A DNA stretch of 20,000 bases from an uncultured virus (IMG/VR IMGVR_UViG_3300007512_002491) (Duplodnaviria; Heunggongvirae; Uroviricota; Caudoviricetes), in the IMG/VR virus record IMGVR_UViG_3300007512_002491. One strand, 5' to 3'. The notes below the pieces were generated by a model, which saw only the letters and a program-made list of their open reading frames with translations, did no database searches and was not told the DNA's origin. The position numbers were made by a program, and so were the translations under genes. This document shows positions 8,354 through 17,196 of the stretch, piece by piece. How positions within the stretch are numbered: the stretch's first letter is position 1; the number at the start of each line of letters is the position of its first letter.

Positions 8354-9097
8354 CTACATAAAAAATGGATCTTCTTGTTTAATCTCTCTATACAACTTTC
8401 GAATTGAAGACATTGAAGCAGAAAGCTGTTTGGAATTTAACCCAGATATATCTCTTACGTATACAAAGATAGCTCTTTTGTTTAAGAAGTCTAGCTGATC
8501 TACCATTTCGAAAATTTTAATAATTGCACTTATACACGCAATTTCATTTTTTCCATCTACCTTATCTTGAATTTGATAAAGTATTATCATTATCTCAGCT
8601 TTAAATTCCTGGTCTATCATTAAGTCATCTGGAGATGGCGCTACTTGAGAACTCGCTATAGCTATTTTATCATTTGCGCTTAAGCTAGTAACGTCTTCGA
8701 TGCTGACATGGGATCCAGTAATCTTCTTTCTTCTTCTAGAATTTAATATCAACCAGTTTTTTGCAACTACATTAAAATATGAAAAAGCTTTTGTGCCTCT
8801 AGAGTTATCAAACTTATAAAGAGTTTCATACATAAAAGTCACACAATCATTTTTTAGAACTCCAAAATTCTCACCCTTTTTGGCAAATCCGTAGATAAGA
8901 ATTAAATTTTCGGCCAATTTATTAAATGCGGGAGAGATTCTGTCTTTATAGATTACGCCGCGGTCATCAGCAGATTCTGTTTGCTGAAATTCGCAAATAG
9001 CTTTCTGGGTATTTTCATCAAAATAAAGTTTCGTAGTAGAACCCTTTTTTCTTCTTCTTATTACTCTTTTCTTTCTGACTTTTTTCTTTTTTTCCAC
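8354..9097 (-). CDS. Phage RNA polymerase sigma-factor-like protein (sigma70 region 2; T4 gp55-like), 247 aa
   Basis: LYKFDNSRGTKAFSYFNVVAKNWLI matches the sigma region 2.2-2.3 pattern KFD..RG..F.SY...I.N. GTG start with GGAG Shine-Dalgarno. Very basic N-terminus. Confidence 0.72.
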   Translation of the reverse strand: MEKKKKVRKKRVIRRRKKGSTTKLYFDENTQKAICEFQQTESADDRGVIYKDRISPAFNKLAENLILIYGFAKKGENFGVLKNDCVTFMYETLYKFDNSRGTKAFSYFNVVAKNWLILNSRRRKKITGSHVSIEDVTSLSANDKIAIASSQVAPSPDDLMIDQEFKAEIMIILYQIQDKVDGKNEIACISAIIKIFEMVDQLDFLNKRAIFVYVRDISGLNSKQLSASMSSIRKLYREIKQEDPFFM

Positions 9098-9110
9098 TTA
9101 AAAACTCCAA

Positions 9111-9422
9111 TTATTTTTCTGGTTCTGCTTCTTCTACTTCTTCTACGTCTCCCAAAATATTAGCTGTTTTTAAAATTTGATCTCTGCAGTCTTTTATATC
9201 TGTTATTACAGATCTAATTTCTTGGCTATCATAAAATAGCGGCATTTCGACTATTGTCGATATACTAGCGTATTTTGTATCAAAAACGTCAAGAGTTTCC
9301 TCAATTTGGTCGATGTATTTTAAAATAAGTTTTCCAAACTTAATATTATAATAAACTGAGAAAGATAGTAATACTGTAGACACACAAAGACAGCCCGCTA
9401 AAATTATGGTTAAGGTGTTCAC
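9111..9422 (-). CDS. Small membrane-anchored protein (N-terminal TM helix plus coiled coil), 103 aa
   Basis: Hydrophobic run LTIILAGCLCVSTVLLSFSVYY followed by amphipathic helices; 4-bp ATGA overlap with the upstream GT4. Confidence 0.65.
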   Translation of the reverse strand: MNTLTIILAGCLCVSTVLLSFSVYYNIKFGKLILKYIDQIEETLDVFDTKYASISTIVEMPLFYDSQEIRSVITDIKDCRDQILKTANILGDVEEVEEAEPEK

Positions 9423-10582
9423 TTTTCTATTTCGTCCAAAAATTCATCATATTTTTTACTGATCGCTTTATGAGAAAACTCTTCTTTTATTATTTTTGCT
9501 AAATCTTTAGCCCAACTCTTTGGTATATCGGAAGCTTTTCTAAATTTAGAAACTTTCTTTTTAAAATCAGACTCTATTACATCTGCCCAACAAGAACCCT
9601 CTACAAAAATACTATTATCTACTCTAGACTTATGGATTGGCACCAAACTATAATTAAGTTTTATAAATTTTCCCTTGTTTAGAAAATCTAAATGGCCTGA
9701 CCAGTTAGTGGCTATTATTGGAAGTTCAGAAGCGGCAGCTTCTAAAAGAGGCAATCCAAAACCTTCGCCTCTTGATGGAGCTACAAGAGCTTTTATCGAT
9801 TTTTCTCGATAAACATCTGATAATTCTTGTTCTGTTAAATCTCCATGAAGCAAATATATTTTAGGATATTCACCAGTGCGGACTTCGTCTATAAGATTTT
9901 TTAATAGACTCATCGTTATTCTTCTATCTACTTTAGTATTCTTTCCGTGATTAGTTTTAACAACAATGCCCACATCTGGATCGTCTTTAAAAGTTTCGCA
10001 AAGCCACTTTATGGCGAAGAAAGTATTTTTTCTGTCGTTAAAAGGATTGTTTCCAGTTATCTGACCGAATAGAAGAAAGTTAAAGCTGGTATCAAGAGAT
10101 AACGGCTGATTTTCTTCGCAGTTAACTAAAGCGTCTGGATAACTTTCTGGTATTACTGAAATTGGAACTGACAAGTTTCCTGAGTTCTGCAGTACTTTTT
10201 TAGTGTGTTCTGAAGGAACTATTATGTGGTTCATTTTATTGCATGCTTCGATCCACTTGGGTGAACACCGATCAGTTTCTACAGCGGCAGTTACACCCAC
10301 GTTGTAAGAAGCTAAAGACGAATCCCACTCATTTGGAAGCTGAACCTGAAACGAATAATCAAATCTTTCTGCTTGAGGGTTGTAATCTGTTCTCTTAAAA
10401 ATCTCTTTGATTAATCCATCTTGTCGATTTTCATCAAGTAACCAAGGAGTAATGCCCCATGGCAATGTTTGAACTTTTATTTCTATATCGTCTCTTTCAT
10501 GGAGCCACTTGAATATCTGGCGAGTGTGGACTCCATATCCAGAAAGAGTAAGAAGCGGTCCTCTAATAATAGCTTTTTTCAT
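9419..10582 (-). CDS. Glycosyltransferase family 4 (GT-B), 387 aa
   Basis: N-terminal SGYGVHTR; IIVPSEH; RKNT; C-terminal PSRGEGFGLPLLEAAASELPIIATNWSGHLDF (EX7E motif). Confidence 0.93.
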   Translation of the reverse strand: MKKAIIRGPLLTLSGYGVHTRQIFKWLHERDDIEIKVQTLPWGITPWLLDENRQDGLIKEIFKRTDYNPQAERFDYSFQVQLPNEWDSSLASYNVGVTAAVETDRCSPKWIEACNKMNHIIVPSEHTKKVLQNSGNLSVPISVIPESYPDALVNCEENQPLSLDTSFNFLLFGQITGNNPFNDRKNTFFAIKWLCETFKDDPDVGIVVKTNHGKNTKVDRRITMSLLKNLIDEVRTGEYPKIYLLHGDLTEQELSDVYREKSIKALVAPSRGEGFGLPLLEAAASELPIIATNWSGHLDFLNKGKFIKLNYSLVPIHKSRVDNSIFVEGSCWADVIESDFKKKVSKFRKASDIPKSWAKDLAKIIKEEFSHKAISKKYDEFLDEIEK

Positions 10583-11829
10583 TTTACTTCTCCTAAGAAT
10601 TTTCTCTGATATTTTGATTTCCAGTTTTCTAAGGTGTCATTGAGAGTATCGTTCCAGAGATCAATTGTTTTTTGATAAGAAAATTCAGAATCTACGTAAT
10701 CTATAACCTTTTGCGATAGCTGCTCTTTTTCTTCTGGTGTTTTTTCATACATTTTCATAATGGCGTTTGCCACACTCTCGTTTGAGCAGTAATCTTCATA
10801 AATGTATGGAACACTCTGTGACCCAACCAAAGTTTTTAAATCTATATCAAGGGCAACACCATTTTCGGAGCCATCTCGATGATCAACAACTTGGCGAGTT
10901 AATCCCCCGGTTTTTGCAGCTATTATAGGAGTACCAGCTTGCATCGATTCTAAAGTAGCTAAACCGAAACCTTCAGCATAAGATATATTCAAACAAGCAT
11001 CACTGATATTGTGCATTATGTTTATTTGCTCGAAACCAACTCTTTGATTAGAGAAAACTACTGTATCTTGTATTCCGAGCATCTCTCCCGTGGCAAAAAG
11101 ATTGGGTCCTTCCGGGTCTTGGGGGTCTGTGTGCATCAATAAAGTAACGTCCCTTTTCCCATGTTTTTCTTCAAGTTGTTTCACAAACAAGCTCCAAGAT
11201 ACCAAGACATCGTTTGTTCTTTTTCTACGCGCGTTTCTGTTCATCCAAAATACGACAAAGTTATCTTTCTTTTCTTTTCCAAGAGCCTGCTCTTTCAAGC
11301 TTAAAATTTGAGATTTTTGCATAGGGAAAAATACATTTGGTGGTAAAGCGTGAGGAACAAAATTAGTTTTTTCTGGAAACTTTTCTCCGACCATCTTATA
11401 AGTTAAGTGAGAGTGGCAGTTGATTAAATCAGTTGATTGATAAAACTCGTTATTAAACTGGGGATATGGATAATTGTCCCAAACATGCCACCAAACTATA
11501 GGGCAAATTTGATGAATTTCATCCTCCATTTCAAATAGCCAGATGAAAAATCTCGGATCAGTAAAAATAAACAATATGTCTGGTTTTTCAGTAATTAAAG
11601 CTAACCTAAGCATATCGGGATTTCCAAAACCATCAATGGGCTTGATTATGAAATCTTCGCTCACTTGAACTACATCGTAATTTTCATGCTTTATTGCCGC
11701 ACCAAATTGTCTAAAAGACCATTCGCCCTTAGCTAATAAGCCATTCACTAAATGGCGAGTTTGAGTACCGACTCCCGAGGTACTCAAGGCATGATCTGAT
11801 AAAATTAGAATTTTTTTCTTTTTTTTCAT
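10579..11829 (-). CDS. Glycosyltransferase family 4 (GT-B), 416 aa
   Basis: ILILSDH...SGVGTQ; NRNARRKR; SYAEGFGLATLESMQAGTPIIAAKTGGL (EX7E motif); GGAGAGG Shine-Dalgarno. Confidence 0.93.
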   Translation of the reverse strand: MKKKKKILILSDHALSTSGVGTQTRHLVNGLLAKGEWSFRQFGAAIKHENYDVVQVSEDFIIKPIDGFGNPDMLRLALITEKPDILFIFTDPRFFIWLFEMEDEIHQICPIVWWHVWDNYPYPQFNNEFYQSTDLINCHSHLTYKMVGEKFPEKTNFVPHALPPNVFFPMQKSQILSLKEQALGKEKKDNFVVFWMNRNARRKRTNDVLVSWSLFVKQLEEKHGKRDVTLLMHTDPQDPEGPNLFATGEMLGIQDTVVFSNQRVGFEQINIMHNISDACLNISYAEGFGLATLESMQAGTPIIAAKTGGLTRQVVDHRDGSENGVALDIDLKTLVGSQSVPYIYEDYCSNESVANAIMKMYEKTPEEKEQLSQKVIDYVDSEFSYQKTIDLWNDTLNDTLENWKSKYQRKFLGEVK

Positions 11830-11861
11830 TTCGAAATTAACCTCTCCCTTCGAACTAATTC

Positions 11862-11890
11862 ATTTTAATAAAAAAGGGCCAAACGGTAAA
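11862..11890 (-). promoter_or_regulatory. Sigma70-like promoter TTTACC-N17-TAAAAT driving the GT4-GT4-TM-sigma-baseplate unit
   Basis: Minus strand reads TTTACC GTTTGGCCCTTTTTTAT TAAAAT with an exact 17-nt spacer, about 30 nt upstream of the GT4 start. Confidence 0.55.
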
Positions 11891-11901
11891 AAATGGCCCT
11901 T
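11870..11901 (-). terminator. Intrinsic terminator-like hairpin after the nuclease gene
   Basis: 8-bp inverted repeat AAGGGCCA / TGGCCCTT (11894-11901 with 11874-11881), 12-nt loop, running into a T tract on the minus strand. Confidence 0.55.
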
Positions 11902-11924
11902 AGAAACTTTAATTTTTTAAACTG

Positions 11925-12746
11925 CTATGTGCAGTATTCTGTATCTTTGTAGTCGCAAAAAGTGCAACTCATTCTATTTTTAACAAAAAATCCCCTGTAG
12001 ACATTTTTGATCATGCTAGAAACCATTTTATTAGCTTGTTCTAAAGCTTTGGGACCAGCGGAAACTTTTAATAATCCGCACATATTGCCCGGCTTTCCGC
12101 CCCTCTTTAGAAGAACAAACGCACACCCAACATCTTTAAACGGAATATTGTTTTTCGAAGCCCAGTAATATTTGTAGAGAACAAGCTGTGCCTGCATCAT
12201 GAAATCTCTTCTTTTTCTCTTGTCCCAACCATAAGATTTTGCTGTTTTCCAATCCAAAATCCAATATTTATATGTTCCATTTTTTCTAGGAACTTTGATG
12301 ATTGCGTCGATATAACCTTTAAATTTAATGTCTGCGCTATCTATCTCTTCGTATAGCATTTCTTCTGCGCTGACTCTTTCCCACTCTGGAAAATTTTCAT
12401 CTAAAAAATCAGGAACATCATCCCACATGTTCGAAGCCCACTCACACCACTCTTCTACCGGAACATGCTTGTACCATTTCGGCATCTTTTCATACCATTC
12501 TGGCTTATCAAAACCGTGCTTGTTCCAGGCATCTCGAATATTTTGAAGTAATCTTTCTTTTGGTATTTCGCCAGTGTTTAAAAAACTTTCGCACCCTTCA
12601 TGGACGTTAGTCCCGAAATCCAAATAGGGAGAAGGAGTTCCAAGGTCAATTTTATCAATATACGCCAGTTTGTGTCTATACGGACACTCTTTCCAGTTTT
12701 TTACTTCAGAATAAGAGATGTGTGGTTTTTCAGTAGGAAAATTCAT
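11925..12746 (-). CDS. PD-(D/E)XK nuclease, Cas4/AddB/RecB-like, probable Fe-S cysteines, 273 aa
   Basis: SYS...ECP (C21), GTNVH, FKGYIDAII, ILDWKT, QLVLY and C-terminal CTFC-x7-C. Confidence 0.88.
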   Translation of the reverse strand: MNFPTEKPHISYSEVKNWKECPYRHKLAYIDKIDLGTPSPYLDFGTNVHEGCESFLNTGEIPKERLLQNIRDAWNKHGFDKPEWYEKMPKWYKHVPVEEWCEWASNMWDDVPDFLDENFPEWERVSAEEMLYEEIDSADIKFKGYIDAIIKVPRKNGTYKYWILDWKTAKSYGWDKRKRRDFMMQAQLVLYKYYWASKNNIPFKDVGCAFVLLKRGGKPGNMCGLLKVSAGPKALEQANKMVSSMIKNVYRGFFVKNRMSCTFCDYKDTEYCT

Positions 12747-12754
12747 TATATAAA

Positions 12755-12783
12755 ATCATAAACAAAAACATGGCAATTGTTCA
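12755..12783 (-). promoter_or_regulatory. Possible promoter TGAACA-N17-TATGAT, 8 nt before the nuclease ATG (near-leaderless)
   Basis: Correct 17-nt spacing, and no Shine-Dalgarno in the 34-bp gap. Confidence 0.35.
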
Positions 12784-13665
12784 CATTTCTTTCTTAAAAT
12801 CAGCTATATATTCTAGTAAATTTGTTTTCGGTCTCCAGAGCGTAGCTGAAGTCATAGCTGATATATCTGCAAGGGTCTCTCTTGCTTCTCCTGGCCTTGC
12901 AGGAATGAATATAATATTATCACTAAACTCAAATGCTACGTCAAACAGAGAGTGATTTTGGCCGGTGCCCAAAGAAAAGACTTCTCCATTATGATTTCCG
13001 TCTGTTAGGCATATCAACCCAAGAACAATATCTGAAATATGTGTGAAGTCTCTTCTCTGCGTTCCGTCTCCTACCACAGTAAGCGATTCACCGCTTATGT
13101 ATTGCTGCTCAAATTTTCCTATAACTGTAGCCCACTCTCCAGTGATTGGCTGTCTGGGGCCGTATACATTAAAAAATCTAGCCACCGCAGTATTCATTTT
13201 ATAATTTTCTGAAAAGAGCCGGCATATGTCTTCTCCAGTATGCTTGGCAAATGCATATGGATTTAAAAGTGGTCCTCCGAACGCGGTGCTTGAACCTGCA
13301 TAAACTATTTTTGCATCTTTATTCTTTCTTCTCATAAAATCTAAAAGATAAAAAGTTCCTAAAGAATTTACTTCAAAATATCTAACTGGATCTGAAAAAG
13401 ATGGTTGAAGTCTTGCTAAAGCGGCTAGATGAAACACTATATCATAATGATCTAATTCTTTTTCTATCTTTGGAAGATCCACTATATCTTTAATAAGATA
13501 CTTTACTTCACTTCTCATATATTCGGAAGATGCAGACTCTGAAGATAGATCGTCTATAACAGTTATGTTTTTATAACCAGAAGATATTAATTCGTCTACT
13601 AAATTAGAGCCGACAAAACCTAGACCGCCTGTAACTAAAATATTTTTATCTGTATTAATCTTCAC
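12781..13665 (-). CDS. NAD-dependent NDP-sugar epimerase/dehydratase (extended SDR), 294 aa
   Basis: ILVTGGLGFVGS, VFHLAA, AGSS, YAFAK (YxxxK), RFFNVYGP, GDGTQRRDFTHI, RPGE. Confidence 0.93.
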   Translation of the reverse strand: MKINTDKNILVTGGLGFVGSNLVDELISSGYKNITVIDDLSSESASSEYMRSEVKYLIKDIVDLPKIEKELDHYDIVFHLAALARLQPSFSDPVRYFEVNSLGTFYLLDFMRRKNKDAKIVYAGSSTAFGGPLLNPYAFAKHTGEDICRLFSENYKMNTAVARFFNVYGPRQPITGEWATVIGKFEQQYISGESLTVVGDGTQRRDFTHISDIVLGLICLTDGNHNGEVFSLGTGQNHSLFDVAFEFSDNIIFIPARPGEARETLADISAMTSATLWRPKTNLLEYIADFKKEM

Positions 13666-14506
13666 TAACGGCTCGCCCTTTCATAGATTCCCAGTCTTTA
13701 TTATTTCTAACTTCTGAATTTTTTAGTTTAGCCGCTTTAAGAACTTTGGGATCAATGTCTAGTTTTTTAGCCATATAAATCATAGCATTAAGGTCTTTTG
13801 GAAAACAGTGGCCGCCGAAACCAAAATCACCATCTGGGCCAGGGACCTGAAGATGTGATGTTCCTATTCTTTTATCCAAAAGAGCTCCAGACACCACTCT
13901 AGAATAATCTGCATTTAAAGATTCACATAGTTGATAGAATTCATTAGCAAATGAGACTTTTGCAGCTAAGAAGCAGTTTATGAAATATTTCACAAGTTCT
14001 GCAGTTACGTATGTTGTGGTAAAATAACTTATATTTGGAAATACTTTTTGAAATACTTTTTGAGCTTTTTCACAATCGGATGGATGGCCACCAAGTACTA
14101 TTCTATTTTGATTCTTAAAATCTTCTGCGGCATTGGCTTCAGTAAGAAACTCTGGATTGAAAACAAGGTTTAAATTTCTATATTCGCTGCTCCAGCCTGA
14201 GTGAGTCTGAGGCGGGACCGTAGATTTCGTGATTACCAACTTGCTTTTATTTATTTCTAATAAGCAATTGTTTATTTCTTTCAGCGCGGATTCAATAATT
14301 CTAGTGTCGCAACTTCCGTCTTTTCTCATTGGGGTAGGCAAACAAACAAACAAAACATCTGATTTCCAAACTAGCTCACCGATAGATTCAACCGTGGCTT
14401 TTTCAGGTATTAGATCGTAAGTTTCTATTTTATAAGCTTTTTCTAATCCTAGCTTCACAGAAGACCCGACAAACCCTTGGCCCAGAATTCCAATAGTTGT
14501 CTGCAT
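13655..14506 (-). CDS. ugd: UDP-glucose/GDP-mannose 6-dehydrogenase family, short form, 283 aa
   Basis: GILGQGFVG, FVCLPTP, KSTVPP, FNPEFL.E, AELVKY..N.FLA.KVSFANE, GFGGHCFPKD (catalytic Cys). Confidence 0.88.
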   Translation of the reverse strand: MQTTIGILGQGFVGSSVKLGLEKAYKIETYDLIPEKATVESIGELVWKSDVLFVCLPTPMRKDGSCDTRIIESALKEINNCLLEINKSKLVITKSTVPPQTHSGWSSEYRNLNLVFNPEFLTEANAAEDFKNQNRIVLGGHPSDCEKAQKVFQKVFPNISYFTTTYVTAELVKYFINCFLAAKVSFANEFYQLCESLNADYSRVVSGALLDKRIGTSHLQVPGPDGDFGFGGHCFPKDLNAMIYMAKKLDIDPKVLKAAKLKNSEVRNNKDWESMKGRAVSED

Positions 14507-16143
14507 TACTCTGCACCTTTTCGTTTTATGAGCTTCTTATATTCTGGAAAATAAAGATAGTCAATGTTGGTTCCTAAAAAGCAGTTTAGAGCATGCTCAA
14601 CATTTTCGCAAATGGGCTCTCTATCATTGAAGCTTGTGTTAAGTATGATTGGTACTCCAGATGCCTTATGCCAAGCTTGCAAAAAATCATAGTACCACTT
14701 ATTATCAGTCTCTCTAACCGTTTGTAGTCTTGCTGTTCCATCTAAATGAACCACAGCTGGTACTAAATCAACTTTTTCTTTTTTAAATTTTAAAACAAAC
14801 TGCATGTACGGACTCTCTTGATATTCTTCGAACCAATCTGAGGCTTCAGACTCTAATATAGAGGGAGCAAAAGGGCGATACCATTGCCGATGCTTGACCT
14901 TTTCATTGATAGTATCTTTCATTGTCGTTGATCTTGGATCTACTAATATGCTTCTATTTCCAAGAGCTCGCCGGCCAGATTCAGACGAGCCGTTGAATAC
15001 CGACACTATATTTCCCTCTTGAAGCTTTGAAACTATATCTTCTACGCTTGATTCTAAAACTTCTATGTCATTTTTTCTATTTTCTAAAACTTCATTAAAA
15101 TGTTCTTCAGTCCAAGTTTCTCCTAAATATGGAGTAAAATTATGCTCCCATTTAATTCTCGGATTTCCAAGCTCTTCGTGCCACAGAGCCTGTGCCGCTC
15201 CTATACACAATCCACCGTCATAAGGTACAGGGGGTATATAGACTCTCTTTAATTGCGGGAACCACTTCAATAATTTTCCCATGGCAACAGAATTTAAAGT
15301 GACACCACCAGCTAAACAAATTGAATCTATATCGCTATCAAAGCTTAGCGCATATTCTATTATTTGTCTTATAAGAGCTTCGGTCGCTTCTTGCAAACCA
15401 GCAGCTATATCAAATCTATTTTGCTCTGACTCTCTAGCATGAGCGGCCCACGGTTCTAAATAAGGGTGGGGTGGATCACGGTCTGAAGTTGCTCCAACTG
15501 GTTGGTTTGGAGGCTTAAACCCAGCAGACATCTTGTCTTTGGTTAACCAATTCCAGCAGTCTTGAGCCCAGATAGATGCATCACCAAAAGCAGCCATGGC
15601 CATTACAGAACCCTCTTGGCCTCCTCTTGGCCACCCGTTCTGAAGCTTAAATACATACCTTGTTACTCGTGTCCACACACCTCCGATATTAATCTCGTTA
15701 GGCCGAAAGGTCTTTAGATGCTTCAATTCTGTTCCATCACCCCTCCAGATCGTACATGCAGACTCTCCACCGCGGTCGTCTTCTACACCACCACCATCTA
15801 AAGTGACGATTATAGATTTCTCAAAATTACTAGAATAAAAAGCGTTTGCTGCGTGAGCTTTATGATGTGAGCAAAAATATAGCTTTCCACCATTGGCGTC
15901 TATGTGGTTTTTTAATAAACTATAAGATTCTTCTCTTTCCGTTAGTTTTTTCTTTGGATATACAGAAGCAAAATGAGTTATAGCAGGCCACTCTGGATAC
16001 CTGTCAAACATAAAGTTAGAAGAATCTCCCGGCGGGGATTTTTCTCTATTGTAGCGTTCATATTCAGCGTGAATTAAAGGTTTCCCATCTTCTAAAACGC
16101 AAAAAGAACAGTCGTGACCCGACCAAAGTCCCGCTATTTTCAT
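14506..16143 (-). CDS. O-carbamoyltransferase, NodU/CmcH/TobZ family, 545 aa
   Basis: GHD, ERYNREK, HHKAHAANAFY, TLDGGG, LAGGVTLN, DGGLCIGAA, ESGRRALGNRSILVDP, VKHRQWYRPFAP, VVHLDGTARLQTV, LNTSFN. Confidence 0.95.
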   Translation of the reverse strand: MKIAGLWSGHDCSFCVLEDGKPLIHAEYERYNREKSPPGDSSNFMFDRYPEWPAITHFASVYPKKKLTEREESYSLLKNHIDANGGKLYFCSHHKAHAANAFYSSNFEKSIIVTLDGGGVEDDRGGESACTIWRGDGTELKHLKTFRPNEINIGGVWTRVTRYVFKLQNGWPRGGQEGSVMAMAAFGDASIWAQDCWNWLTKDKMSAGFKPPNQPVGATSDRDPPHPYLEPWAAHARESEQNRFDIAAGLQEATEALIRQIIEYALSFDSDIDSICLAGGVTLNSVAMGKLLKWFPQLKRVYIPPVPYDGGLCIGAAQALWHEELGNPRIKWEHNFTPYLGETWTEEHFNEVLENRKNDIEVLESSVEDIVSKLQEGNIVSVFNGSSESGRRALGNRSILVDPRSTTMKDTINEKVKHRQWYRPFAPSILESEASDWFEEYQESPYMQFVLKFKKEKVDLVPAVVHLDGTARLQTVRETDNKWYYDFLQAWHKASGVPIILNTSFNDREPICENVEHALNCFLGTNIDYLYFPEYKKLIKRKGAE

Positions 16144-16155
16144 TATAACTCCAAT

Positions 16156-17178
16156 TTAACTGTTTAGCCAGTCTTCTAAAAATTTATCTTCTTCACTAGT
16201 AGTGAGTGGTTCTGTGTTTGAATAGTCAAAATAATTTAGCTCTACCCATTCTCCAGGCAAGGCTGTGTCAGGACGTATTGGATTTTTTAACCAAGAACCA
16301 TGTTCGTCTATAGGCGCATTAAATCCTATAGTTTTTACTACTTCTTCTATACTCCAAGGGCGGCCTCCTGTTGCGGTTTTATCTTGAATCAATTTTTCAT
16401 AATCTAATATTTCATAGTATCTAAAATCTGATTTTGCCGGCCAATAATCGCCGTATCTACGATTACCCCTTACTCTAGCGTTGGTTCCTCGAGAATCTGT
16501 GTATATGGCAGCAGCCGGCGGAAATATAGGCATAATAGTTTTCCACTTTAGCTTTCTGCGGTAAACTAGCGCGGCAGCTTTTTGTAGCATTTTTGTTTCA
16601 GAGTCATCAGAACCTTCGTGACTACTATTTCTTATTTCCCAAGGATACATTTCTCTTAACACTTCTCTAGAAAAGAAAGCATCTGCCGCGCCAGCGACAG
16701 GAGGCCTATCTAAATCGGCAACGAAAGAATAATCGTTTACAGAGACTGGTTCTGTTAATTTATGAGAATCGTGTGTAACTCTTCTTTGCGCGTCAAGAGA
16801 TATGCATCCAACTTGCGGGCCGTATTGAATAGCTAGCTCGACGTAATCTTTTAGCCAGCCGCCCTTTAATATAAACTGCATATCGCCCTGGAGTAAGATT
16901 ACGTAATCTCCCGTAGAGTTTTCTACTATCTTGTTTAGACCTCTAGCAAACTCGTTAGAAGGATCTCTATGTTCGCTCCTAAAAACAATGAACCCTTGGC
17001 CTTCTTTTTCTTTCAAATATTCTTCTGTGCCTTCTTCAACAGAATTATTATCTACAATTATCAATTCTTTATTTGGGTAATCTTGAGTACAATAAAGAAA
17101 AGATTCTACGCAGCTTTTAAGATAGTGAAGCCTGTTGCAATTAACGAATCCAACGGACACTTTCGGTAAATCGGTCAT
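16156..17178 (-). CDS. Glycosyltransferase family 2 (GT-A), 340 aa
   Basis: KVSVGFVNCNR...LKSCVES...ELIIVDNNS.EGT...ARGLN...STGDYVILLQGD. Confidence 0.88.
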   Translation of the reverse strand: MTDLPKVSVGFVNCNRLHYLKSCVESFLYCTQDYPNKELIIVDNNSVEEGTEEYLKEKEGQGFIVFRSEHRDPSNEFARGLNKIVENSTGDYVILLQGDMQFILKGGWLKDYVELAIQYGPQVGCISLDAQRRVTHDSHKLTEPVSVNDYSFVADLDRPPVAGAADAFFSREVLREMYPWEIRNSSHEGSDDSETKMLQKAAALVYRRKLKWKTIMPIFPPAAAIYTDSRGTNARVRGNRRYGDYWPAKSDFRYYEILDYEKLIQDKTATGGRPWSIEEVVKTIGFNAPIDEHGSWLKNPIRPDTALPGEWVELNYFDYSNTEPLTTSEEDKFLEDWLNS

Positions 17179-17196
17179 GTTTCTCTCAGTTGTATA

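Noticed and set aside
9040..9097. NLS-like basic stretch suggesting a eukaryotic virus
   Set aside because: Shine-Dalgarno sites, overlapping operonic genes, a sigma factor and a phage baseplate indicate a prokaryotic host.
9390..9422. Lipobox LAGC in the 103-aa protein (spanin or lipoprotein)
   Set aside because: The Cys is residue 11, there is no basic n-region, and the hydrophobic stretch continues after it; better read as an uncleaved TM anchor.
11830..12780. CRISPR array associated with the Cas4-like gene
   Set aside because: The flanking gaps are only 95 and 34 bp, with no repeat-spacer structure anywhere in the window.
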